A DNA stretch of 64,000 nt. Source: an uncultured virus (IMG/VR IMGVR_UViG_3300017754_000635) (lineage: Duplodnaviria > Heunggongvirae > Uroviricota > Caudoviricetes). The stretch is from the IMG/VR virus record IMGVR_UViG_3300017754_000635; one strand, given 5' to 3'. The notes beneath the pieces were generated by a model that worked only from the letters and a program-made list of their open reading frames with translations, searched no databases and was not told the DNA's origin. Below are positions 55,159-64,000 of this stretch, piece by piece. The position numbers were made by a program, and so were the translations under genes. Position 1 is the first letter of the stretch. Every line of letters starts with the position of its first letter.

Positions 55159-57555
55159 ATGAGCCTCCACGATTCAGCCAACCAAGTACAGTCCGCCGGG
55201 CGCGGAGACGACAAAGTCCTCGTTCATATGACCCCCGGTGAGGTCAGCGGACTTCAATCCCTTGCGATGGCGCACGGTGGCTCCCTCACGATCAACCCCC
55301 ACACAGGTCTGCCCGAAGCAGGGTTCTTGTCATCGCTTCTGCCAATGGCTATTGGCTTTGGTCTGGCCCCGCTTACCGGCGGTTTGTCCGCCGCGCTTAT
55401 TACAGGTGCTGGATATACCGCTGCCACCGGCAGTCTGAAGAAAGGCATCATGGCGGGTCTCGGCGCTTACAGCGGCGCTGGGTTGGCTGGCGGGTTAAAT
55501 GCTATGGGCGCGCAAGCAAGTCAGGGCGCTGGGATTGGCGTAAATGCAGCAAATGCGGGTAAGGAAATTGGGGTAAACCTTGCAAACGCCGGGACGAACA
55601 TTGGGGCGCAAGTGCCCTCAAACATGCTTGCTAACACAGCTAACATAGTTGACGATGCCGCACTAGCCAACCTTAACAGTTTTGGCCCAAACGCAGGGGG
55701 TATAGGGCTAAACACAGGACTTGGCGCAAACACAGGTGTAGGGCTAAAGGCGGGCTATACAGGTTATGGACCGCAGCTAAATGCAATGGGCGGTCCTTCC
55801 GCACCAATTAATGCGCCTGTTGACGCGGGTTTCCAGTCTCCAATCAGTCCGGGGTCTGAATACTTTAAAGAAATCGGCACCAAAATCCGAGACGTACCGG
55901 CTGTATCACACGGCCCAACACAACTGCATTTCAGCCCTGCGGACAAGGCGGCGCTTTACCCAGAGGCACCTACCATAATTGACCCGCTGAACCCCAACGC
56001 GTACGTAAGAACAAGCGTAGGACCTTACGAACAAGGGTTGCTTGCGCCCGGAGCTGGGGAACCACCTTGGGCAATAGCGGCAAAAATGCGTAACGCCCCA
56101 GTTCCATCCCCATCCCCCATAGATGCAAACTCTACGTACTTTAAAGACATTAACGCCAAAATCCGAGACGTACCGGCTGTATCAGAAACAACCGCCGTAA
56201 AACGAGGTTTTGTTGGCCGAGAAGAAATTCCACCGCTTCCTGATGCAGCTGTACAAACGGCACCAATCAGCCGCCCTTATACCGACTACATGACACAGGT
56301 TGGTCGGGGCGCTAAAAATGTATACGAAGGCGGTATGCAGGGGTTGAAAGATTTGTATGCAGCATCGGAGGCCGCAGCACCTTATTCGGGTTTGGCTGGG
56401 CTGGGCAGCACCGCGTACACATACTACGACGAGAAGCGGCAGGAGATGGAAGATGAGATGCGCCGCCGTGCGCAGCAGTCCCCCGGCATGATCCGTCCAT
56501 ATACGTTTGACTACGGCGCAGGAAATGTATCTGCTCAACCATATTACGGTAGTGCGGAGCGCACGTACTTTCAACCAACCTATACTGAACTTCCCGCATA
56601 CGAAGCGCCGGGGCCTGAGTACAACAAAGCAGCAGAGGGCGGTTTGATGGAGTACGCAGTTGGGGGGCCGGTTGAGCAGATGTCGGCCATGAACGCTATT
56701 GGTGCAAATGCAGGATACCCGATGGCAAATATCAACACGCCGTTGTACAGCAACCCCATGATGCAGCGTCCCGAAGCCACGAATGTAATTGCGCCGAGTG
56801 CCGGAGCCAATGTGGGTGCTTACTCTGGTGAAGCACGGTTTGCAAAAGGCGGCGGAACCGCAGAACCAGCAAGCTCTGGGTACACATACTCTTACGATCC
56901 AAACACAACCCAGTTTACACAGACGGGTGGTCCGGGAGCAATGCCATCTGGCAAAGATTTAGCTAACGGTCTTGGTGCGCAAGACATGCTTCATCGTTTT
57001 ATTGAGATGCAAGCAACTGGCAAGCCGTATAACTTTACGCCAAGCTGGGCGCAAAGCACCGCAACACCCAACGGACCAGTTAGCGGCGGCGTAGCTGCTC
57101 CCATGATGCAACCCGCAGCTCCGGCTCAATCGTTTATTCCAAACATCAACGTCCCTGCGTATCAGACACCTGAGCAGCAGCTTGGTCTGGGCGGGTTCTA
57201 TGACTACATGAACCAGCAGATGGGTGGTTACGGTGGTTACGCTGGAGGCGGTAACGTTGGTGGCGTGTCAACACTTGGGGATTATTCTGATGGTGGTCGT
57301 CTTTTGAAAGGTCCGGGCGATGGTGTTTCTGACTCTATTCCTGCTTCTATTGGTAATCGCCAGCCTGCCCGTCTTGCTGATGGAGAATTTGTCGTGCCTG
57401 CCCGAATTGTTTCGGAGATCGGTAACGGCAGTACTGAAGCGGGTGCGCGAAAGCTTTACGCGATGATGGATCGTGTGCAGAAAGCACGACGCAAGACTGT
57501 TGGCAAAAATCAGGTAGCACGTAATACGAAAGCTGAAAAACTGTTACCCGCATGA
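55159..57555 (+). CDS. putative internal virion/ejection protein with xGG motifs
   Basis: Gly/Ala-rich TM-like segments; terminal GPGDGVSDSIPA...LADGEFVV module. Confidence 0.6.
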   Translation: MSLHDSANQVQSAGRGDDKVLVHMTPGEVSGLQSLAMAHGGSLTINPHTGLPEAGFLSSLLPMAIGFGLAPLTGGLSAALITGAGYTAATGSLKKGIMAGLGAYSGAGLAGGLNAMGAQASQGAGIGVNAANAGKEIGVNLANAGTNIGAQVPSNMLANTANIVDDAALANLNSFGPNAGGIGLNTGLGANTGVGLKAGYTGYGPQLNAMGGPSAPINAPVDAGFQSPISPGSEYFKEIGTKIRDVPAVSHGPTQLHFSPADKAALYPEAPTIIDPLNPNAYVRTSVGPYEQGLLAPGAGEPPWAIAAKMRNAPVPSPSPIDANSTYFKDINAKIRDVPAVSETTAVKRGFVGREEIPPLPDAAVQTAPISRPYTDYMTQVGRGAKNVYEGGMQGLKDLYAASEAAAPYSGLAGLGSTAYTYYDEKRQEMEDEMRRRAQQSPGMIRPYTFDYGAGNVSAQPYYGSAERTYFQPTYTELPAYEAPGPEYNKAAEGGLMEYAVGGPVEQMSAMNAIGANAGYPMANINTPLYSNPMMQRPEATNVIAPSAGANVGAYSGEARFAKGGGTAEPASSGYTYSYDPNTTQFTQTGGPGAMPSGKDLANGLGAQDMLHRFIEMQATGKPYNFTPSWAQSTATPNGPVSGGVAAPMMQPAAPAQSFIPNINVPAYQTPEQQLGLGGFYDYMNQQMGGYGGYAGGGNVGGVSTLGDYSDGGRLLKGPGDGVSDSIPASIGNRQPARLADGEFVVPARIVSEIGNGSTEAGARKLYAMMDRVQKARRKTVGKNQVARNTKAEKLLPA

Positions 57556-58004
57556 CAACGCTTGTTTATGCAGACTGCGACCCGTTTGCATTTGTGGAAG
57601 AACTTAAAAAACTCTTCCCACTGCATTATGAAGAGTTGTGTGTGACTAAAGATTTTCCGTTGACCCCTGACTACGATGCGTACAAGAGGCTGGCAGATGC
57701 AGGGATGTTGCGTTGTATTACGGTACGTGCAGATGAAGAAGTAATTGGGTACGCAATCTTTATTGTCCAACCCCACCTGCACTACATGACTTGCAAAACG
57801 GCATTCGAAGATATTTATTACATACGCCCGGATTATCGCAAAGGGCGCGTTGGCATCAGGCTGTTTAAATACGCTGAAGAAGTGCTGAAAGGTATTGGGG
57901 TAAATCGAATCATCATGCACACAAAAATTCATATGGACAACTCCAAGTTGTTTGAATACTTGGGGTATAAGTGGACAGATAAACTGTTCACCAAGATTTT
58001 GTAG
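57552..58004 (+). CDS. GNAT acetyltransferase
   Basis: YYIRPDYRKGRVGIRL acetyl-CoA motif A; FEYLGY. Confidence 0.85.
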   Translation: MTTLVYADCDPFAFVEELKKLFPLHYEELCVTKDFPLTPDYDAYKRLADAGMLRCITVRADEEVIGYAIFIVQPHLHYMTCKTAFEDIYYIRPDYRKGRVGIRLFKYAEEVLKGIGVNRIIMHTKIHMDNSKLFEYLGYKWTDKLFTKIL

Positions 58005-58012
58005 GGGTCATA

Positions 58013-59107
58013 ATGACTTACTCACGCAGACAACTTGAATACTTTGGCGAGCCGTTGGGAGAGTGCGTAACACGCTTAAAGCCCGGCGGTCGTATCTATG
58101 GTGGCGGCAGCTCACCTTCCACGCCTGAAAAGCAAACCATTGAGCAAACCAGTATCCCAGAATACGCCAAGCCGTATGTGGAGAAGATGCTGGGTAAGAC
58201 GGAAGCACTTACAAACGCCCCTTACCAAACATACCAAGGTGAGCGGATTGCCGGGTTTACCCCGATGCAGCAACAGTCGCAGCAAGCAGCGGCAAACTTG
58301 GGGCCAGCCAAGCAGTTGGGTGTTGGTACACAGATGGCAGGTCTTGCCGGTCTAGGTGCAATGGGTGCGGGTCAGCAATATCAGCAGATGGCTACAAACC
58401 CCTACGCTATGCAAGCGTATATGTCGCCGTATGTGGAAAGCGCATTAGCTCCTCAGTTGCGTGAAGCGCAACGGCAATCCGCCATACTGGGCCAACAAAA
58501 CCAAGCACAAGCTGTACAGCAAGGTGCTTTTGGTGGTTCGCGGTCGGCCATCGTAGAAGCAGAACGCCAGCGTAATCTGCAAAACCAGATGGGGGACATT
58601 TACGGCAGGGGTATGCAGTCAGCCTTTGAGCAAGCTCAACGCGCACAGCAGTTTGGCTCCACGCTGGGGCTGCAAGGTATGCAAACCGCAGGTCAACTGG
58701 CAGGTACATTGGGTCAGTTGGGGCAGACGCAGTTTGGGCAGCAGCAACAAGCACTTCAAACTCAAGCTCAGATGGGGCAGCAGCAACAGGCTCTGGAGCA
58801 ACAGCGTCTGGCACAACAGTATCAAGACTTTGCAGACCAACGTCAGCACCCCTATCAGCAGCTGGCATTTATGTCCGACATGCTGCGCGGCTTGCCCCTG
58901 TCTCAAACAGCGCAGACAATGTACCAAGCGCCGCCATCCATGATTTCTCAGCTTGGTGGTTTGGGTCTGGCTGCGTACGGTATGTTTGGTAACCCACAAG
59001 CCCCACAATCAACGGGAAGAGCTGAAGGCGGCTTGCTTGAAGAAAATGATTCGGCTCCGGGTTTGGGCGAGCTGGCGCTGCAAAACATGATGAAAAAGAA
59101 AGCGTGA
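58013..59107 (+). CDS. putative internal virion/ejection protein, Gln-rich
   Basis: GAFGGSR; Q/G/A-rich amphipathic repeats. Confidence 0.6.
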   Translation: MTYSRRQLEYFGEPLGECVTRLKPGGRIYGGGSSPSTPEKQTIEQTSIPEYAKPYVEKMLGKTEALTNAPYQTYQGERIAGFTPMQQQSQQAAANLGPAKQLGVGTQMAGLAGLGAMGAGQQYQQMATNPYAMQAYMSPYVESALAPQLREAQRQSAILGQQNQAQAVQQGAFGGSRSAIVEAERQRNLQNQMGDIYGRGMQSAFEQAQRAQQFGSTLGLQGMQTAGQLAGTLGQLGQTQFGQQQQALQTQAQMGQQQQALEQQRLAQQYQDFADQRQHPYQQLAFMSDMLRGLPLSQTAQTMYQAPPSMISQLGGLGLAAYGMFGNPQAPQSTGRAEGGLLEENDSAPGLGELALQNMMKKKA

Positions 59108-59114
59108 GGCAACT

Positions 59115-61043
59115 ATGACTATGCGCACTGGCGTGACTGACGGCTTGAAATCGATCAATGCTTACTACAAAGCAGCAATGATGCTGCCGGTTGAACAGCT
59201 GCAAGCTATTGTTCGTGGTACAGATAAAGGCAGTGCAGTCCGTATCCCAGCAACGATTGCAATGATGGCGCTTGAAGCCAAGATGCCGCAGGTTACTGCC
59301 GCCCAAGGTCAACAAGCTATACAACAGCCACAACAGCCGTCCGTCCGCGATGAGTTAGCCCAAAAAGTTAGTATGCTGCCGGAAAACATCGGTGTGGGCG
59401 CTTTGCCAGCTCAGAACATGGAGTCCATGGATATGGCCGAAGGCGGCATCGTGGCGTTTGCTGGAAAAGATAGCAGTGTGGTTGAGGATACATCTTCCCC
59501 AATAGGGCGGTTTTTTGAAAATTTTAGATCACCAACAGCCGCCCAAGATTACGCTGCACAACAAAAACGTCTTGAGCAAGAAAGAGCGTTGGCTGCAAAG
59601 TTGCAACAACTTGAAGGGTATGGTTTTGCGCAGCAGACTCCCGCACAGCAAGCAGAAGCAGAAAGAGTACGAAAAGAACTTGACGCGTTAAGAGGTAGTC
59701 GCACACCAACAGCAACAACAACAGCAGCTCCTGCACTAGAGCAGTACCAAGCCCCACCTCCTGTGGAGAAAAAAGCAGGTTGGGCGGTTGAAGGCACAAA
59801 GCCGGGTCGCCGAGTGGTGGACAAAAAGGGCAATGTAACTTTTATACCGGGCGATCCTTCACGCGCGTTACCCCCAATAAACGAGGGGGACGTTTATACG
59901 CATCGTCCTCTTCCCCCCAATTCGCCGTACTTAGACCCAAACACGTATCAAAATGTTGGGGGTCCTTTTAATTTAAAAACAGAGGCCGGCAGAAACGCCG
60001 CAGCAAATCAAAGGCGCGGCGTTGTAACGCAAAATAACAAAGACGTTCCTACAACAGAAACTAAAAGAGACGGCACCCCACCGTCAGCAGCAACTCCGTC
60101 CGATTTGAAGAGCCTTATTAAAGACGTATCTGATGCGTCGGGCGCTAATAAAATTGCTGAAGGGTATACCGGCATTGAGCGCCTTATTGAAAAGCAAAAC
60201 CAAGACGAACTTAAACGCTACAAAGAACGTCCGCAGTACGAGCCGTACAAAAAGTACGAAGAAAGCTTAAAGAGCGAAGAAGAGAAAGTAAAAGACAAGA
60301 AAAACGAAAACTTTCAGTTGGCGCTTATCAATGCAGGTCTGGCTATTGCGGGCGGCAGCTCTCGTTACGCGCTTCAAAACATTGGTCAAGGAGCACAGGT
60401 TGGTACCAAGCAGTACGCTGAAGGCTTAAAAACTCTGGAGGCTGCGGCAAAAGAACGCCAGAAAGCGTTTGCCATGATTGAAGAAGCCCGTAACGCCAAG
60501 GCCGAAAAAGACTTTGACCGTTACGACACAATGATGAACAGGCAGTCAGAGCGGGCAATTAGGGCAAAAGAGCTTGGTATTGAGGGTCTTGCAAAAGTAC
60601 TGAACATAACGGTGCCGCAAGCTACAAATATTTACACCACCTTGAAGACCAACGCATCGCGTGAAGCAATTGCTGCGGCAAACGATCAAGTGCAACGAGA
60701 GAAAATTGCTGCGGATGAACGTGGCAATCTGTTGCAATATAAAGTAGGCATGGCTAATGCGGCTTCAAACGCAGGGTACAGAGATGCAATGCTAGAGCAG
60801 AATATGATTCAAAAGCGGTTGACGGCAGAGCAGCGCGGTCAGACGGAGTACGATAACTTCATGAAAACGCCGCAAGGCAATGCTTTGTCGATTAAATCTA
60901 TGACTGACCCGGCAACGGCAAAGTATTTGAACGAGTTGCGTAATTACTTTAAACAGGAGGCTTATACAGGGGTAGGTTTGACATATGCTCCAATAAAAAA
61001 CCCTTCTGATAGTGGTTTTAAAGTACTCGGCCCCGTAAAATAA
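59115..61043 (+). CDS. putative internal virion/ejection protein
   Basis: MAEGGIVAF motif, coiled-coils, position. Confidence 0.6.
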   Translation: MTMRTGVTDGLKSINAYYKAAMMLPVEQLQAIVRGTDKGSAVRIPATIAMMALEAKMPQVTAAQGQQAIQQPQQPSVRDELAQKVSMLPENIGVGALPAQNMESMDMAEGGIVAFAGKDSSVVEDTSSPIGRFFENFRSPTAAQDYAAQQKRLEQERALAAKLQQLEGYGFAQQTPAQQAEAERVRKELDALRGSRTPTATTTAAPALEQYQAPPPVEKKAGWAVEGTKPGRRVVDKKGNVTFIPGDPSRALPPINEGDVYTHRPLPPNSPYLDPNTYQNVGGPFNLKTEAGRNAAANQRRGVVTQNNKDVPTTETKRDGTPPSAATPSDLKSLIKDVSDASGANKIAEGYTGIERLIEKQNQDELKRYKERPQYEPYKKYEESLKSEEEKVKDKKNENFQLALINAGLAIAGGSSRYALQNIGQGAQVGTKQYAEGLKTLEAAAKERQKAFAMIEEARNAKAEKDFDRYDTMMNRQSERAIRAKELGIEGLAKVLNITVPQATNIYTTLKTNASREAIAAANDQVQREKIAADERGNLLQYKVGMANAASNAGYRDAMLEQNMIQKRLTAEQRGQTEYDNFMKTPQGNALSIKSMTDPATAKYLNELRNYFKQEAYTGVGLTYAPIKNPSDSGFKVLGPVK

Positions 61044-61055
61044 ACAGGAACGCAC

Positions 61056-64000
61056 ATGCCGATTTATCAAATCCAAGGCCCGGATAAACGGATTTACCAA
61101 ATTGAAGGCCCGGCGGGAGCTTCTGACGCGCAACTTATTAACGCGCTAAAAAACTACTTGGGCGGGGGGCGCAGCGAAATGCCCATGCCGCCTATGCCAA
61201 AACAAGAACCCTCCGCCCCCGGCATGGGGTCAGCCTTTGGTCGTGGCCTTGAACAACTAATATCGACTGGCAAAACAGCCTTTGGTGCAACTTTTGGCGA
61301 CCCCCGTGCCGCCTTGCAAGAATCTTTGCAGCGCCGCGAAGCAATCGGCGCTAAGTACGGCGAATCCCCCGGTTTTGAAGAAGTCAAAAAAGCGTACCAA
61401 GAGCGCGGTCTGTTTCCCGCTATCGGCGAGTACATCAGCCAGATACCAAGCGCCATAGCAGAACAGGCACCACAAATTGGTACCACTATTGGTTTAGCTA
61501 GGATGGGGGCTGCGGCAGGTCCGTATGGTGCCATTGCTGGTGCTACCGGTCCTTCTTACGGGCTGGCTTACGGCTCCCTGCTAGAACGTGAAGCTGAAGA
61601 ACAGCGCCGCCGTGGTGAAGCTGTTGACCCTAGCCGCGCTAAAGCCGCGGCTCTTGCCGTTCCGTACGCTGCCCTTGATGTGGCGGCTACCTTTATCCCA
61701 ATGGGTAGGGGCTTAGTGAAGTCCATATTTGGTGACGATGTTGCCAAGCTACTGTCCCGAGGAGCTACCAAAGAAGCCGAGCAACTTGCTGCTAAAAAAT
61801 TAAGCGGTGAAGGATTTTTCAAATCGCTGGGCGTAGGTACAGTCAAAGGTGTTGCAATTGAAGTGCCGACCGAGATCGGCCAGCAAGCTCTTGAACGCTT
61901 CCAAGCTGGACTGCCTTTGCTTGATAATTCCGCTATGGCCGAATACGGTCAGACTGCGTTTGAAGTATCCAAGCTTGGCCCGATTGGTGCAATCGGTCGG
62001 TTTAGTAACAAAGCAGCAGCGCGGGATCAAGTTAGAACTTTTGAAGCTGAAGAATCTGCACGTACGCGCAAAGAAGCCGCCGACGCAGAAGAGGCGCGCA
62101 GACAAACGCCTGAATACCTGCAACAGTTGCAGAAAGACTTTACTGAGCTTTCGACACAAGAGAAAGCACTGCGGGATGAGCTAAAGCCGTATCAGGGTAA
62201 GAAAGGCAAGAAGGCGCTGGCTGCGCTGGATGAAGAAGAACGCGCGGTAGTTCTTGAAAAATTTGATGAGCTAAAAGACGTTCGCTCGCGTCTATCCGAC
62301 ATCGGCCCCGAGTACGGCAAACGCAAGACGGCTATTGCTGCGCTGGAAGAAGAAGCGCGCCGCGCCGGTATGACACCTGAAGAGTTCTTCCTTGAGCGTG
62401 TGGGCGGTAAAGAAGCTGCGCAAGCAGCAAAAGCCCCAGCTGCCGAACCTGAGACACGCACTATGGCGGACCTCATGAGCGAGGATTTTTCTTCGCTGTC
62501 TGCCGCTGCGCCGAAAGAAGAAGTCGAAGATCGCGTTGCCCGTTTAACAGAAGGGTTGAAGCGTTCGGCTGAAATTCAGCCAATGTCCGAGGACGAGTAC
62601 CGTAACGCCACTGTTGAAGTTCTTATGCGCAACCCCGCGCTTGCCCAGCGCATGGTGGATGAACAGATGCGCATACCGGGGGTATCTGCTAAAGAAAGCA
62701 GAACAATTCTGTCGATACTCAAAGGACAGCTTAAAGCCGCGCCGGGACAGAAAGTTGCCGCTGAGACAGAGGCTTTACAACGCATGGGCGAGCGTGAACG
62801 CCCAACTGCGGAACAGCTTGAAGCCGAACGCCAGCAGATGCGCATCGATGAAGAGCGTTACGCGCTACGCAATATTGCCCAAGACGAGTCAAACCCTGTT
62901 GGCGTTAACGAAAAGCTCAACGAGATCATCGACCTGCTTGGCAAAAAGATGGCACAGCCCGCCGTGCCGAGCGATATTAAACGCGGCGTTGGTGCAGTAG
63001 AGTCCCGCACTATCAAAGAAGACAACGCTAATAACGCAGAGCTTGTTGCTTTGATTGAACAGTACCGCTTGCTGCAACGGCAAAAAGGCGCTGCGCGTGA
63101 TGATACGGCGATGGCCGACATGCTGGAAAAGATCCGCATACTGGCGCAACCAAAAAGTGAAGAGGTTGTTACCGAGCCAGTTGGCGAGGATGTGCCGGGC
63201 ATGGGCACAACCCCAGAGAAAGGCAAGTACCTTGCGGAAGTTAGCCGCCTACGCGATGAGCAAAATGCGGCGTTTCCAGAGGCTATGTCAAATATCCTCA
63301 AAGCTGAAGAGTATCGTCGCGCTAATCCGCCAGCCGGTACCATCCAAGGCCCGACAGCTAAAGCCGAGCGCCAAACGCTGGTTGATGCTGAAGCCGCTTC
63401 GACTAAGCGGTTTGTTAATGCCGTTCTGCAAGAGATTGAAAACAACCGTCGTGCAGCTGACCTGCCAAGCGTAACGGCTGAAGAAGCCAAAACCATCACT
63501 GGGCGCATTAACAATATTTTGCGTGAAGCCGCGCTACGCCAGTTTGTGCGGCCAGAAGAAGCCATCAACCGTCTGCGCGAGAACATTGATCAGATCCGCC
63601 GTGATGCCAGCGTTGTTGAACGCAAGCCAAAACAAAAGGCTGAAGAGTACGAAGGCCGTCTGCGCCGTCAGTTTAATGCCCCGGCTCCCGAGGGTACCTT
63701 GGCTGAACGCAAAGCCGCGCTCCGTGGCCGCATTGAAGATGCTGTAGCCCAGTATGACCTGCCGGCGCAGGATGCTGCCACGCTACGCGATGCTGCTCGG
63801 ATGCTTGAAGAGGGTGCTGGCAGTAAAGAGCTGGTTACCGACCTTGAAGATCAGATGTATCGCTACACCACCGGCGACATGGCGATGCTTCCAGAGATTG
63901 CCGAGCAGTTAAAGCTTGATAAGTCGGTACGTGTTGAAGGCGAACAAGGCAGTCTCTTTACTCCCGGCCAGCAGGAACGTGCTGATGTGCGTGTGGCTAA
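61056..64000 (+). CDS. N-terminal part of a giant ejection/polyvalent protein (3'-partial; not in ORF track)
   Basis: ATG at 61056 after AGGA; MPIYQIQGPDKRIYQIEGPAGAS...; frame appears open to the window end. Confidence 0.75.
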   Translation, partial: MPIYQIQGPDKRIYQIEGPAGASDAQLINALKNYLGGGRSEMPMPPMPKQEPSAPGMGSAFGRGLEQLISTGKTAFGATFGDPRAALQESLQRREAIGAKYGESPGFEEVKKAYQERGLFPAIGEYISQIPSAIAEQAPQIGTTIGLARMGAAAGPYGAIAGATGPSYGLAYGSLLEREAEEQRRRGEAVDPSRAKAAALAVPYAALDVAATFIPMGRGLVKSIFGDDVAKLLSRGATKEAEQLAAKKLSGEGFFKSLGVGTVKGVAIEVPTEIGQQALERFQAGLPLLDNSAMAEYGQTAFEVSKLGPIGAIGRFSNKAAARDQVRTFEAEESARTRKEAADAEEARRQTPEYLQQLQKDFTELSTQEKALRDELKPYQGKKGKKALAALDEEERAVVLEKFDELKDVRSRLSDIGPEYGKRKTAIAALEEEARRAGMTPEEFFLERVGGKEAAQAAKAPAAEPETRTMADLMSEDFSSLSAAAPKEEVEDRVARLTEGLKRSAEIQPMSEDEYRNATVEVLMRNPALAQRMVDEQMRIPGVSAKESRTILSILKGQLKAAPGQKVAAETEALQRMGERERPTAEQLEAERQQMRIDEERYALRNIAQDESNPVGVNEKLNEIIDLLGKKMAQPAVPSDIKRGVGAVESRTIKEDNANNAELVALIEQYRLLQRQKGAARDDTAMADMLEKIRILAQPKSEEVVTEPVGEDVPGMGTTPEKGKYLAEVSRLRDEQNAAFPEAMSNILKAEEYRRANPPAGTIQGPTAKAERQTLVDAEAASTKRFVNAVLQEIENNRRAADLPSVTAEEAKTITGRINNILREAALRQFVRPEEAINRLRENIDQIRRDASVVERKPKQKAEEYEGRLRRQFNAPAPEGTLAERKAALRGRIEDAVAQYDLPAQDAATLRDAARMLEEGAGSKELVTDLEDQMYRYTTGDMAMLPEIAEQLKLDKSVRVEGEQGSLFTPGQQERADVRVA

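Noticed and set aside
1..64000. Integrase, RNA polymerase, rRNA/tRNA, or alternative genetic code
   Set aside because: No such motifs were seen, and genes are intact and tightly coupled under the standard code.

Overview
The window looks like most of a tailed dsDNA phage genome with podovirus-like architecture: no tape measure or sheath genes, but P22/T7-like tail-stabilisation and ejection-type proteins. A proteobacterial, possibly betaproteobacterial, host is only inferred. There are two divergent arms. The minus-strand arm (~24200 down to 2851) carries small early genes, an amidoligase plus class-II glutamine amidotransferase pair, and a replication module (VRR-NUC, family A DNA polymerase with Leu762, Cas4-like PD-(D/E)XK nuclease, HNH, SNF2 helicase, putative SSB, HTH, primase-DUF927 helicase). 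The plus-strand arm (24577 to >64000, probably continuing in 1..2876) carries terminases, portal, GroES-like co-chaperonin, scaffold, capsid, small basic xGG-motif proteins, an array of paralogous fibre/chaperone modules, holin and GH108 endolysin, a gp38-like Gly-rich adhesin followed by four Fe/2OG-oxygenase-like genes, a GNAT, ejection-type proteins and a giant LPD38 polyvalent protein. The most unusual signals are non-coding: (1) two candidate small RNAs (24417-24526 and 6425-6514, minus strand) whose loops and arms are complementary to ribosome-binding sites and start codons of the phage's own early genes; (2) a multi-pseudoknot leader RNA after the capsid terminator; (3) a ~300-bp nested palindrome (candidate origin); (4) a repeated 25-bp palindromic operator in the early region. 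All protein family calls come from motif recognition by eye; no database search was run.
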